Source: Vulcanimicrobiota bacterium
Lineage (GTDB): Bacteria > Vulcanimicrobiota > Vulcanimicrobiia > Eremiobacterales > Eremiobacteraceae
DNA: 64,000 nt
Direction of reading: 5' to 3'
Assembly: GCA_963812135.1 (NCBI GenBank)
Contig: CAWETU010000005.1
Location: 96,001-160,000 of the forward strand
Made by a program: the position numbers and the translations under genes. The notes beneath the pieces are model-generated. The model saw only the letters and a program-made list of their open reading frames with translations, had not been told where the DNA came from and ran no database searches. Below, in pieces: positions 10,704 through 19,672 of this stretch. The number at the start of each line of letters is the position of its first letter. The first letter of the stretch is position 1.

Positions 10704-11192
10704 ATGAGCACATTGTCGGTCCGCCATTTCACACGTTGTCCGTATAGCCGGGCCCGGGGCGCCCTGGAGCAAGCGCTTGCCGCCCTGGCTGACAACCGGC
10801 AAACCCAGACGTTGACGCTCTCGGTGCCGCTGGGCAAGGACGAAGCGGCAGGGGCGCTGCGAAAGGACGTCATCGTGTCCTACGCGCGCAGCGCCGATCC
10901 GCAGCACTTTGACCAGCCCTGGACGATCCATTGGACGCCGACGCCGGGCGGGGTGTACCCCGACTTCAACGGCGAGCTGACCGTGCGTGCGGCGGACACG
11001 CACAGCAATTGCTTCCTCGAATTGGAGGGCGAGTACACGCCCCCGCTGGGCGCGATAGGAGCGGCGTTCGACGCAGCGCTCGGCAATCGCATCGCGACCG
11101 CCACCGGCGCGCAGCTGCTCGCGACGATCGGCGAGGCGATGGAGCAGCAGTATCAACGCGAAGAGGCCGCTAAGCCGGGCGAACCGCGTTAG
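10704..11192 (+). CDS. Hypothetical protein (possible SRPBCC-like fold)
   Basis: ATG at 10704 within ORF 10254-11192; globular sequence WTPTPGGVYPDFNGELTV...LEGEYTPPLGAIG. Confidence 0.7.
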   Translation: MSTLSVRHFTRCPYSRARGALEQALAALADNRQTQTLTLSVPLGKDEAAGALRKDVIVSYARSADPQHFDQPWTIHWTPTPGGVYPDFNGELTVRAADTHSNCFLELEGEYTPPLGAIGAAFDAALGNRIATATGAQLLATIGEAMEQQYQREEAAKPGEPR

Positions 11193-12821
11193 TCACCACG
11201 TCCGCATCCCGGGCGCGCCATACGGATGCATCGAGATCAATTCGGTGAAGGGTCCGACGTAGGCGAGCACCGCGAGCACGACAGCCGCCAGCCCCCAGAG
11301 TCCGATGCGATCGAAGATAGCTGGTGTCGGCAGCGCCTCGTCTTGCGCTTGTGCAAAAGCCACGGGCTGATCATTTCGCTCGCGTGAGAACCGCGTGCCG
11401 ATCGCGACCGCCGCGAACATCAAAATGCTGATGAACAGGATCGTGCCGCCCACCGCCGCCGCGATCATCTCGGGCATCCACGCATGCGCGGCCGCAGTGC
11501 CGAAGTACGACACGTCATCGGTGCGGCGCGGCGAGCCCAGCAGACCGGCCCAGTGCATCGCCGTCGACATCACCAACATGCCGATGAACCAGGCCCATGT
11601 CTGCGCGAGGGCGAGTTTAGGCGCCCATAATTTGCGCCCGGTGAGCGCCGGCACGAGCCAGTACGCCGCGCCCACGAACGAGAGCGCCACCGGGCCGCCG
11701 ACCGTGACATGGAAGTGTCCGACGATCCACATCGTGTTATGGACGAGCGTGTCGATGCTGTACGACGCGTTCACCACGCCACCGGCACCGCCCAAGATGA
11801 AGAGCAGCATGCCGAGCGCCGGGCCCGAAAACGCTGGGTTGCCCCACGGCAACGAGGTGATGACGCCCCAGAAGCCGGGCCGCCCCTTTGCGCGCGCCGC
11901 CATCTCGAACGACGCGAAGATGGCGAACGCCGTCAGAATCGACGGGATGACGACGCCGTAGGTCGTCATCGTGTGGACCCACTTCCACCCCGCCGAGATG
12001 CCCGGCTCCATGAACTCGTGATGCAGTCCGACGGGCGTCGAGAGGATCAGCAGCAGTAGGAACGCGAGCCGCGTCAGTGCGTCGCTGAACACCTTGCCGC
12101 CGTAGAAGACCGGCACAATGTTGTACCAGATCAGGTACGCGCCCATGATCCAGAAGTAGACCAGCGGATGCCCGAAATACCAGAACAACATGCGCGTCAT
12201 CATGACGTCGACCGTCGGCACCCAGCCGAGCGACCACGGGATGAGGAAGACGAGCATCTCGATCGCCACGCCGATCGTGGCGATGAACCACATGACAAAC
12301 GTGCACGCCGTGCCGTGCACGACCAGAGGCAGCCGCTCGCCCGGATGAGTTTTGCGGAAATAGACGATGTTCTCGAGGATCTCGGCCAGCACGAACCAGG
12401 TGGCGACGACGAGCAGCGTCGCGCCGATGTAGAACGCCGGATGCGCTTTGAGCGGCGCGTAAAACGTGTAAAGCACTGATGCGTTGCCGCTGAGGATCGC
12501 CCACGTCGCCATCAGCGTGCCGACGAGCATCAGGAGGTAGCCCGACCAACCGAGGCGCAGCGCGCGCTCGCGCGGCACCGCGCGATACACCAAGAACAGC
12601 GACAACCCGCAGATGAAGAACGTCGTGAAGACGAGCGCCATCAACACGCCATGCGCGGTCAGCATGCGATAGTAGTCGAACCAGTGAGGCGCGACGAACG
12701 CCTTTGCGCGCGAGAACGCCTGCAGCAGCCCGAACAGCGCTCCGACGACGAGCGCTCCCGTGGCCGTGTACACGTAGGCCAGCGGCAGTCGGTTCTCGCG
12801 CTCGATCTGCGTCAACGCCAC
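11193..12821 (-). CDS. cbaA: Cytochrome ba3-type (B-family) heme-copper oxidase subunit I
   Basis: LTAHGV, FWYFGHPLVYFW, PVGLHH, HNTMWIVGHFH and PRR motifs. Confidence 0.95.
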   Translation of the reverse strand: MALTQIERENRLPLAYVYTATGALVVGALFGLLQAFSRAKAFVAPHWFDYYRMLTAHGVLMALVFTTFFICGLSLFLVYRAVPRERALRLGWSGYLLMLVGTLMATWAILSGNASVLYTFYAPLKAHPAFYIGATLLVVATWFVLAEILENIVYFRKTHPGERLPLVVHGTACTFVMWFIATIGVAIEMLVFLIPWSLGWVPTVDVMMTRMLFWYFGHPLVYFWIMGAYLIWYNIVPVFYGGKVFSDALTRLAFLLLLILSTPVGLHHEFMEPGISAGWKWVHTMTTYGVVIPSILTAFAIFASFEMAARAKGRPGFWGVITSLPWGNPAFSGPALGMLLFILGGAGGVVNASYSIDTLVHNTMWIVGHFHVTVGGPVALSFVGAAYWLVPALTGRKLWAPKLALAQTWAWFIGMLVMSTAMHWAGLLGSPRRTDDVSYFGTAAAHAWMPEMIAAAVGGTILFISILMFAAVAIGTRFSRERNDQPVAFAQAQDEALPTPAIFDRIGLWGLAAVVLAVLAYVGPFTELISMHPYGAPGMRTW

Positions 12822-12822
12822 G

Positions 12823-13290
12823 TCAGCGCACCTCGACGGTGCCGTACATATAGTGATGGCCCGCGCCGCAGTATTCGTTGCAGAGCAGCAGATATTGGCC
12901 GCGTTGACGGAACACGTGCGACGCGCTGCTCACCCAGCCGGGCACGACCAGCATGTTGACGTCGGTATTGGTGATGAAAAAGCCATGGACGACGTCCGGC
13001 GCCGTAGTGTAGAACGTGACCTTGGCGCCAAGCGGCACGTCGAGATGGCTTGGCGTGAACGAGAAGATCCTGGCGATGATGTACGCCTCGTATTCGCCGT
13101 CACGGATCTTGCGCAGCCCGGGCTTGTCGAACGGCGGTGTTTGCGCGACTCTGGCGGGATCGATCGTCTGGCGACGGCTCGGCGGGACGATGCCTTCGCT
13201 GATGGCGGCGGTCCCGATGATCCCCAAGAACACGATCAGCGCCGCGACGCCGAATCCGATCCAGATGCGTTCAACGCGATGGACGTGCAC
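12823..13290 (-). CDS. cbaB: Cytochrome ba3-type oxidase subunit II (CuA)
   Basis: Single TM helix, DVVHGF, CNEYCGAGHHYM. Confidence 0.95.
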   Translation of the reverse strand: MHVHRVERIWIGFGVAALIVFLGIIGTAAISEGIVPPSRRQTIDPARVAQTPPFDKPGLRKIRDGEYEAYIIARIFSFTPSHLDVPLGAKVTFYTTAPDVVHGFFITNTDVNMLVVPGWVSSASHVFRQRGQYLLLCNEYCGAGHHYMYGTVEVR

Positions 13291-13291
13291 G

Positions 13292-13411
13292 TCACCACCT
13301 GCTCGCCATGAGGGCGAACATCAACACCCACACGACGACCAGAAAAATGCCAAGACCCGTCACGAACAGGGCGGTCGCCGGCAACGGCCCGTCTTGGCGA
13401 TTGTCGCTCAT
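13292..13411 (-). CDS. cbaD: Cytochrome ba3 oxidase subunit IIa, 39 aa (absent from ORF track)
   Basis: Hand translation MSDNRQDGPLPATALFVTGLGIFLVVVWVLMFALMASRW; single TM; stop 1 bp before the cbaB start. Confidence 0.85.
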   Translation of the reverse strand: MSDNRQDGPLPATALFVTGLGIFLVVVWVLMFALMASRW

Positions 13412-13464
13412 GCGGGACCATTCTAGCCCGGGCGCGATTATTCTACTATGAAGAAGTTGGGAAT

Positions 13465-15280
13465 TTAGCCGCGGACCGCGTCGCCGGCGGCCTCGCGCAG
13501 GCGCGCACCTTCAACCGCGACGCTCGCCAGCTGCGCGAACACTTCGATGGTCCGCACGGTCGAGTCGTCGGGCACGAGATGGTCGCGCGGCTCGTCAGGC
13601 GACAGCACGCCGATGAGCGTGCCCTGCGAGTCAAAAAACGGGAAGATGAGCAAATCGTCTTCGTGCCATTCACCGGGACCGCCGCGCGGCAAGCGCGACA
13701 GCTGCGGGTTACGCACGACGCCGCCTGGCATGTGCAGTTCCATCGGCGTGTAGTAGTATGTGTCTCGCACGCGCGCGTTCGGCGACATCGATGCGAGTAG
13801 TTCCGCGTCGGATATCTCTTGGCCGACGACCGTGTCCGGGTAGCCCAACGCGGCACGGCGCACGAACACGTTGCGCATCGGGTCGCGGACGACGATGGTA
13901 CCCGCGGCGAAGTTGAACTGGCTGAGCGCAACCTCGAGGATGCGCTTGAGGACGCGGTCCAGATCGCGCTCCTTGAAGATGGATGCGGTCAGGTCGAGGA
14001 TGCTGGATAGCCGCACGGCCTGCATGCGCCGCCCTTCGGCCGCTTGCTCCGCCTCTCGATACAGCCGTTGGATCTCGCGGTTGGTTTCGGTCAGCTCTTC
14101 GGCGCGCCGCTGCTCGGTCGTGAAGAGGTGGACGTTCTCGATGGCGGCCGCGGCGAGGTGGGCGAAGAGCGCGACGTTGTCGATCGTCCCCGCCGAAGGC
14201 ACGAAGTTGTCGGCGGGCGCGTCGGGCACGAGCAGGCCGATCACATCGCCCGACGACGAATGCAGCTGGAACATCAACGTGTCCGCTTCGTTCCACTCCT
14301 CCGGCCGGCTGCGCGCTTCGCCGAGCCGGTCGCGATCGTAGACCAACGCCGGATCGGTGTACCACGATTGCTTCTCAGCCGGCGCGTAGAAGACCCATGG
14401 GCGGATAGCAAAGCGCTTGTCCAATTTGAGATCGATCTGCGCAAACGCCACTTCGCGGTGGCGCAACATGAGCTCGACGTGCGCCGGATAGCCGCGCACC
14501 GCACTGTAGCGATAGGCGGCGCGATCGCGGTCGGCGACGAGAATCGATCCCGCGCGGAACCCGAACGCGTTGATGGTCGCTTCGAGGATCCGGTCGAGCA
14601 GCGTCGCTAATTCGCGCTCGCGCATGAGCGTCACGCTGAGCTCGACGACCTTGCGCAGCGTACTCGCTTGCGCCTTGGTCTCAGCAAGCATCGATTCTTC
14701 GATGGCGGCCGCCCGCGAGAGCTCCTCGCCGCGCCTCACCAGCGCTTGGCTGCGTTCGTCGATCTCTCGGACGAGCAGGCCGACGTTGAGCACGTTGAGC
14801 CACAGCACAGCGATCTGGAAGAACATGTTGACGGCGAGCGAGGTGTCAGCCGAGGGGTTCGTGATGTGCGCGATCACGATCACCACGGTGCCGGCCGCTC
14901 CGGAGATGAGCGCGCCCGCGTAGCGTTCGCGCGAGGCGGCGATCGCGGTGAACACCACCAATCCGACCCAGGTCGTCGGGAAAGCTTCTCTGATACGCCA
15001 GCACGAAGGCCGAAAGCGCGATGAAATCCACTACCAGCAGCGCGCGCGCCGTCCAGCGGATGACGGTCTCGCTCTGGGTCCGCCCGTTGATGTAGTACGC
15101 GACGAGCGTGCCGACCAGCCAGAACGCGATCGCGGCCGGTTTGACCCATGACGGGGCGGACTCGGGTAACGAGAACGCGATCGCGGTGCCGATGAACACC
15201 GTGATGAGGCGCACCCGCAAAATGCTGGCTTCAGCGGCGCGAGAGGCTTCGAGCGACGATTGGACGGGCGTGTTCTCCAT
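13465..15280 (-). CDS. Multi-TM sensor with tandem GAF domains; frameshift near 14980
   Basis: TM region from ATG 15280 (MENTPVQ...) continues in another frame as FPTTWVGLVVFTAIA; two GAF repeats (LLDRILEA/VLKRILEV ... VIGLLVPD/LIGVLSPD). Confidence 0.75.
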
Positions 15281-15357
15281 GGTCAGGTACGCCGAAAGGG
15301 CGCCTTCCTTATTGTATCGGCAGGTCCGTCCGCGAGGGCGCGCGTAGCGGGTGCGGC

Positions 15358-15732
15358 ATGAAAGCGATCGCCACCCCCCACGCACCCGTTCCCGTCGCGG
15401 CGTATTCCCAAGGGATCGAGGCCGCGGGCTTCGTGTTCACGGCCGGCCAGGTCGGCATCGACCCCGCTACCGGCACCCTGGCCCAGGGGCTTGACGCCCA
15501 GGCCGAGGCGGCCTTCTCGAACATCGCTGCGGTCCTTCGCGCCGCCGGCCTTGGCCCCGCCGATGTCGTCAAAGTGACGATCTTCATGACGGACTTGGCG
15601 CACTTCACCCGGGTGAACGCAGTCTACGAAGGCTTCGTCGGCGCGCACCGGCCGGCGCGCTCCACCGTCGGGGTCGCAGCGCTCCCGCTTGGCGCGCTCA
15701 TCGAAGTCGAGGCGATCGCCGCCCGGCCATAG
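15358..15732 (+). CDS. ridA: RidA/YjgF reactive-intermediate deaminase
   Basis: AYSQG, AGQVG, PARSTVGVAALPLGALIEVEAIA. Confidence 0.92.
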   Translation: MKAIATPHAPVPVAAYSQGIEAAGFVFTAGQVGIDPATGTLAQGLDAQAEAAFSNIAAVLRAAGLGPADVVKVTIFMTDLAHFTRVNAVYEGFVGAHRPARSTVGVAALPLGALIEVEAIAARP

Positions 15733-15735
15733 GCG

Positions 15736-16983
15736 CTACTTGTTGAGCGCAGACTCGACCTCAGCCAGCTTCGAGGCCGCTTCGGAATCTTTCGGATCTT
15801 CTGCGACCGCGATCTTGAGCTGCTCCTCGGCGAGCGGATACTTCTTCTGGGATTGATACGTCAGTCCGAGGCCGTAGTGCAGCCGCGGGTTCTTGGGCGC
15901 CAGCGCGAGGCCTTTGATGAACGCCGCCTCCGCGAGATTGTACTGGTTATGCATATAGTAGAGCGCGCCTAGATTGATGTACACGTTGCGCTCGTGCGGG
16001 TCGAGGCTGATGGCGCGCTGGAACTGCTCCACGGCTTGCGTGAAGTCGTTGAGGTGGTCGTAGGCGACGCCGAGATTCTCGTAGGCGATCGCGAGGGTCG
16101 GGTCGAGCACGATCGCATGCTTGATCTTCTCCACGCTGCCGGTGTAGTCGCCCTGATTGATGAGCTCGACGCCCCAATTATTCCATGCGAATGCATAGCG
16201 CGGGTCGATCGCGATCGATTTCTTGTACTGCGTGATGGCGTCGTCGTACCGGCCGAGCTCGCCATAGACGTTGCCGAGCAGGTTGTACGCGTCGACGTAG
16301 CGTGCGTCGCGGTCGAGCGCATATTCCAATTGCGCGATCGCGGCGTCGTATTTCTTCTCGGCCTTGTAGATCGACGCAAGATTGTAATGATTGGACGGCT
16401 CGTACGGGTTGCGCGTCTCTTCGAGCTTGTATTCGGATTCGAGCTCCCCGAGCCGGCCCTCGTCCGAGTAGAGCATGACGAGATTCGCGAAGCCCTCTTT
16501 CGAGGGCAGGCTCTTGCGGAACGCCGCGACGGCGTCATCGAAGCGATCTTCGGCGGAATAGACGCCGCCCAGTCGATTGTAGACGTCGCGGTTGGTGGGA
16601 TCGATCGAGAGCACTGCCAGGTATGCCGTTTCGGCCGCTTGATAGTGCTGCAAGCGATACTCGACGTCGCCGAGCGTGCGCTCGATCTCGATGTTGCGCG
16701 GCTCGAGCGCGACGGCTTTATGCAGCTTTTCGGCGGCGCTCTCGTTGTCGCCGCGGTCGGCATCGGCGCGCGCCGCAGCCAGCAACTGCGACGCCGACGC
16801 AGAGCGCGGGTTCGCCGGCGTGGTCACAGACGGATAGCTGGGATTGACCGGGTTGGGCGTCGGGACCACGGTCGGCGCGGGCGAGGGAGCAGGGCTGTCA
16901 GCCCGGGCGGCCGGACTGGCCGTCGCGACGGACAACGCCGCGAGCGCGGCGATGATCAGCGTATGAGAAAAACGGCTTGACAT
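15736..16983 (-). CDS. Exported tetratricopeptide-repeat protein
   Basis: Signal peptide, Pro-rich linker, many TPRs (e.g. AYNLLGNVYGELGRYDDAITQYKKSIAIDP). Confidence 0.9.
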   Translation of the reverse strand: MSSRFSHTLIIAALAALSVATASPAARADSPAPSPAPTVVPTPNPVNPSYPSVTTPANPRSASASQLLAAARADADRGDNESAAEKLHKAVALEPRNIEIERTLGDVEYRLQHYQAAETAYLAVLSIDPTNRDVYNRLGGVYSAEDRFDDAVAAFRKSLPSKEGFANLVMLYSDEGRLGELESEYKLEETRNPYEPSNHYNLASIYKAEKKYDAAIAQLEYALDRDARYVDAYNLLGNVYGELGRYDDAITQYKKSIAIDPRYAFAWNNWGVELINQGDYTGSVEKIKHAIVLDPTLAIAYENLGVAYDHLNDFTQAVEQFQRAISLDPHERNVYINLGALYYMHNQYNLAEAAFIKGLALAPKNPRLHYGLGLTYQSQKKYPLAEEQLKIAVAEDPKDSEAASKLAEVESALNK

Positions 16984-17131
16984 GGGAGTGGTTACTCGCT
17001 TGGCTGTCAGTGCGCCCGTCCATCAAGTATACTCTGGGGCGGGTGCCCGGTGCAACGCGCGACGGGACGAGGGCTCCTCGCTCGCCGTGCGAAACCGGGT
17101 CTCGGGCTTTCAACGTCTATGGAGAACATCC

Positions 17132-17476
17132 ATGCGCTACACGCTTCTCGTAGCCGCTCTCGCGGCCGCGCTGACGCTCACGGGCTGTCCGAATCCGAAC
17201 GCCATCGGCGTGCAGAAATATGGCACTGTGACGGCGACCACCGTGCTCGCGAGCAACAACCAACCGGTCGCGAACGCGCTCGTCGTCGTCAATACCGGTC
17301 CGAACGGCCAATGCTACACGCAGGCGAACGGCTCGTGCATGCTGACGAACGTGCCGGTGGGTCCGCAAGTCGTCTCCGCGTCTGCGACCGGTTTGAACGG
17401 ACCGCCCGTACAGGTCAACGTGACGACTGAGAACCAGAACTACCCCGTCACGATCCTCATGTATCCGACGACTTAA
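17132..17476 (+). CDS. Small lipoprotein with carboxypeptidase-regulatory-like beta-sandwich
   Basis: GGAG RBS; lipobox LTGC; PVANALVV...LTNVPVG. Confidence 0.75.
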   Translation: MRYTLLVAALAAALTLTGCPNPNAIGVQKYGTVTATTVLASNNQPVANALVVVNTGPNGQCYTQANGSCMLTNVPVGPQVVSASATGLNGPPVQVNVTTENQNYPVTILMYPTT

Positions 17477-17494
17477 GCGGCCTGACGCGCCGGC

Positions 17495-18316
17495 GTGCCT
17501 GAGCTCCCCGAACTCGAGCTGCTGCGCCAGACGCTGGACGCCCGCGCCGCCGGCTGCACGATCCTCAGCGTCGTCCTCGATCCCAAGCGCGCCTTCATCA
17601 TCCGCTATCCGCCGCTGGAGTTTGCGCGCGAGCTGAGCGGCAAAGTCATCGGCGGCGTCCGACGGCGCGGCAAGTTCCTCATCTTCTCGTTCGCGGATTT
17701 CGACAAACAGCTCATCGTCAATCCGATGCTCGGCGGCCGCTTTGCGCTGGCCAGCCGAGCGGCGCCCGCGCTTCCGTCCACGTGTTTCACGTTGCAGCTC
17801 TCGAAAGCGCTCGACATCCGCTTCTTGGACTCGACGCTCATGGCGCGCATCTATCTCACGGCTGATGCCGACAACGATGTGCCCGCGTTCGCGGAGCTTG
17901 GTCCGGATGCGCTGGACCCTGAACTGACGTACGAAGAGTTCGCCAAGCGTCTACGCCGCCACCGCGGCGAGCTGAAGAACGTCCTGCGCAATCAAGCGTT
18001 CGTGGCCGGCATCGGCAACGCGTACGCTGACGAGATCTTGTTCGCGGCACGCTTGCGGCCGCTGCGACGCGCGGGAACGCTCGACGACGCGCAGCGCCGC
18101 GCCTTGTACGAAGCGATGCGCTCGACGCTGCGCGACGCGGTGGCGATCACCGCGAAGCAATACGCGGATCGCAAACATCCGCTGCACAAACAGGAACGAA
18201 GCTTCATGAAGATCCACGGGCGCAAGAAGACTGGCTGCCCACGCTGCGGCCATCGCATCTCGGTGGTCCACCCGGGCGGCGAGGCGACCTACTACTGTCG
18301 CGCTTGCCAGGTATAG
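17495..18316 (+). CDS. mutM: Fpg/Nei family DNA glycosylase/AP lyase
   Basis: MPELPE N-terminus, RRRGKFL, H2TH GIGNAYADEILF, C-terminal CPRC...CRAC zinc finger. Confidence 0.88.
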   Translation: MPELPELELLRQTLDARAAGCTILSVVLDPKRAFIIRYPPLEFARELSGKVIGGVRRRGKFLIFSFADFDKQLIVNPMLGGRFALASRAAPALPSTCFTLQLSKALDIRFLDSTLMARIYLTADADNDVPAFAELGPDALDPELTYEEFAKRLRRHRGELKNVLRNQAFVAGIGNAYADEILFAARLRPLRRAGTLDDAQRRALYEAMRSTLRDAVAITAKQYADRKHPLHKQERSFMKIHGRKKTGCPRCGHRISVVHPGGEATYYCRACQV

Positions 18317-18378
18317 CGGTCGAATTTATTCGACCGTAAACCGCAAGGCGCGTCGCCGACAACGGAGAAGCCGCCCCC

Positions 18379-19515
18379 ATGACGCGAGAGAAGATTTTTC
18401 AGGTCCTCACCGTGTTGGGCATCGGCGCCGCGATCGCCGCGGGCGCGGGTTGCGGCCCCGGCGCCAACGGCAACGGCGGTGGTGGCGGCAATCCCCCGCC
18501 GACTCCGCCGATCCCAGCGGATATCTACTACGTCAACACCGGCGAGACCGCGAATCGGGTCGCCGCGCAAAACTCCGCGCCTGTCGCGTCAGGCGGCATC
18601 CCCTCCCCGCTGCCAGGCTCGCCCTTCGCCACCGCCCAAAACGGCGCAACCGGCGCGCCGTTCGGCATCGCGCTCGCCAAAGGCGGCACGCTGTTGTACG
18701 CCGTCAATTCCAACTCGAACAACGTCACGGCGTTTTCAGTCGCAGCGAACGGCACACTGACCATCATCTCGCCGACGAGTGTCACGGGCGGCACGACTCC
18801 GTCCGGCATCTGCGTGAATCCGGCGAGCTCGCTTGCTGTCGTGGTGGACGCGTCTGGTGCAGTGGACACCTTCACCATCAATGGCGGCACGGGTGCGCTT
18901 GTCAACGCCCATACGGCCAACGGCTTGAACACGCCGGTGACGTGCGCATTTTCTCAAGATGGAGCCCACGTCTATGTCACGAGCGCCGCGGGCATCTACG
19001 GATACAGCATCGATGCAGCCGGCGACTTGGTCGCGACCAGTGGTTCGCCATATAACATCCCGAACTCGTTCCAAGGCATCGCGACCACGTCGATCGCCGT
19101 GTTCGCCGCCAGCCTCAGCACGAGTGCGCTTGGCGTCTTCCTGATCAACGCAGATGGCTCGCTCAGCTTCCAGCAATTCGCGCCGGTGGCGGCAGCGCCA
19201 TATGGAGTCGCACTCACGCCGAGCGGCAACGCGATCTACGTCGCGTGTGCGGGGTTGAGGGCGGTTGATGGTTTCAGCATCAGCGGCCTCACGTTGAACC
19301 GGCTGGCTGGTGCGCCATATCCGACGCAGGCGAACAAGAGCGCGTATTTGTCGGTGAGCAGCGCCGGCAATCTGCTGGTCGTGCTCGACGAACTCGATCT
19401 TGCGGTGACGCTCTTCGCCATCAATAGCGACGGCACGCTCGGCTTCGCACCGACCAACATCTACGGCATCGGCGTGCCGGCAGGCGCGAACCCGGCCGCT
19501 GTGGTCGCGCGCTAG
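18379..19515 (+). CDS. Lactonase-like beta-propeller lipoprotein
   Basis: Lipobox GAGC; repeated GSPF/GSPY/GAPY blades; LYAVNSNSNNVTAF. Confidence 0.8.
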   Translation: MTREKIFQVLTVLGIGAAIAAGAGCGPGANGNGGGGGNPPPTPPIPADIYYVNTGETANRVAAQNSAPVASGGIPSPLPGSPFATAQNGATGAPFGIALAKGGTLLYAVNSNSNNVTAFSVAANGTLTIISPTSVTGGTTPSGICVNPASSLAVVVDASGAVDTFTINGGTGALVNAHTANGLNTPVTCAFSQDGAHVYVTSAAGIYGYSIDAAGDLVATSGSPYNIPNSFQGIATTSIAVFAASLSTSALGVFLINADGSLSFQQFAPVAAAPYGVALTPSGNAIYVACAGLRAVDGFSISGLTLNRLAGAPYPTQANKSAYLSVSSAGNLLVVLDELDLAVTLFAINSDGTLGFAPTNIYGIGVPAGANPAAVVAR

Positions 19516-19543
19516 TTATCCACAGTGGGCTGACTTATGCACA
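19516..19543 (+). promoter_or_regulatory. Two tandem DnaA-box matches
   Basis: TTATCCACA (19516-19524) and TTATGCACA (19535-19543). Confidence 0.45.
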
Positions 19544-19672
19544 TGCCGACGCTGGGCCAACGCGGATGAGTTCGACCTACACATAAGTCGAAATGCCGCG
19601 CCGTCGCAGGCGCCGCAACCAACATCCCGGGATCATTCGATCTCGGGTTTCTTTTTTCAAGGAGGGATTGCA

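Noticed and set aside
19552..19562. CGTTGGCCCAG, resembling the 5' end of the glutamine (glnA) riboswitch
   Set aside because: On the strand opposite to glnA, and the rest of the motif is absent
19516..19672. Possible oriC
   Set aside because: Only two DnaA boxes, no AT-rich unwinding element, and no dnaA/dnaN nearby
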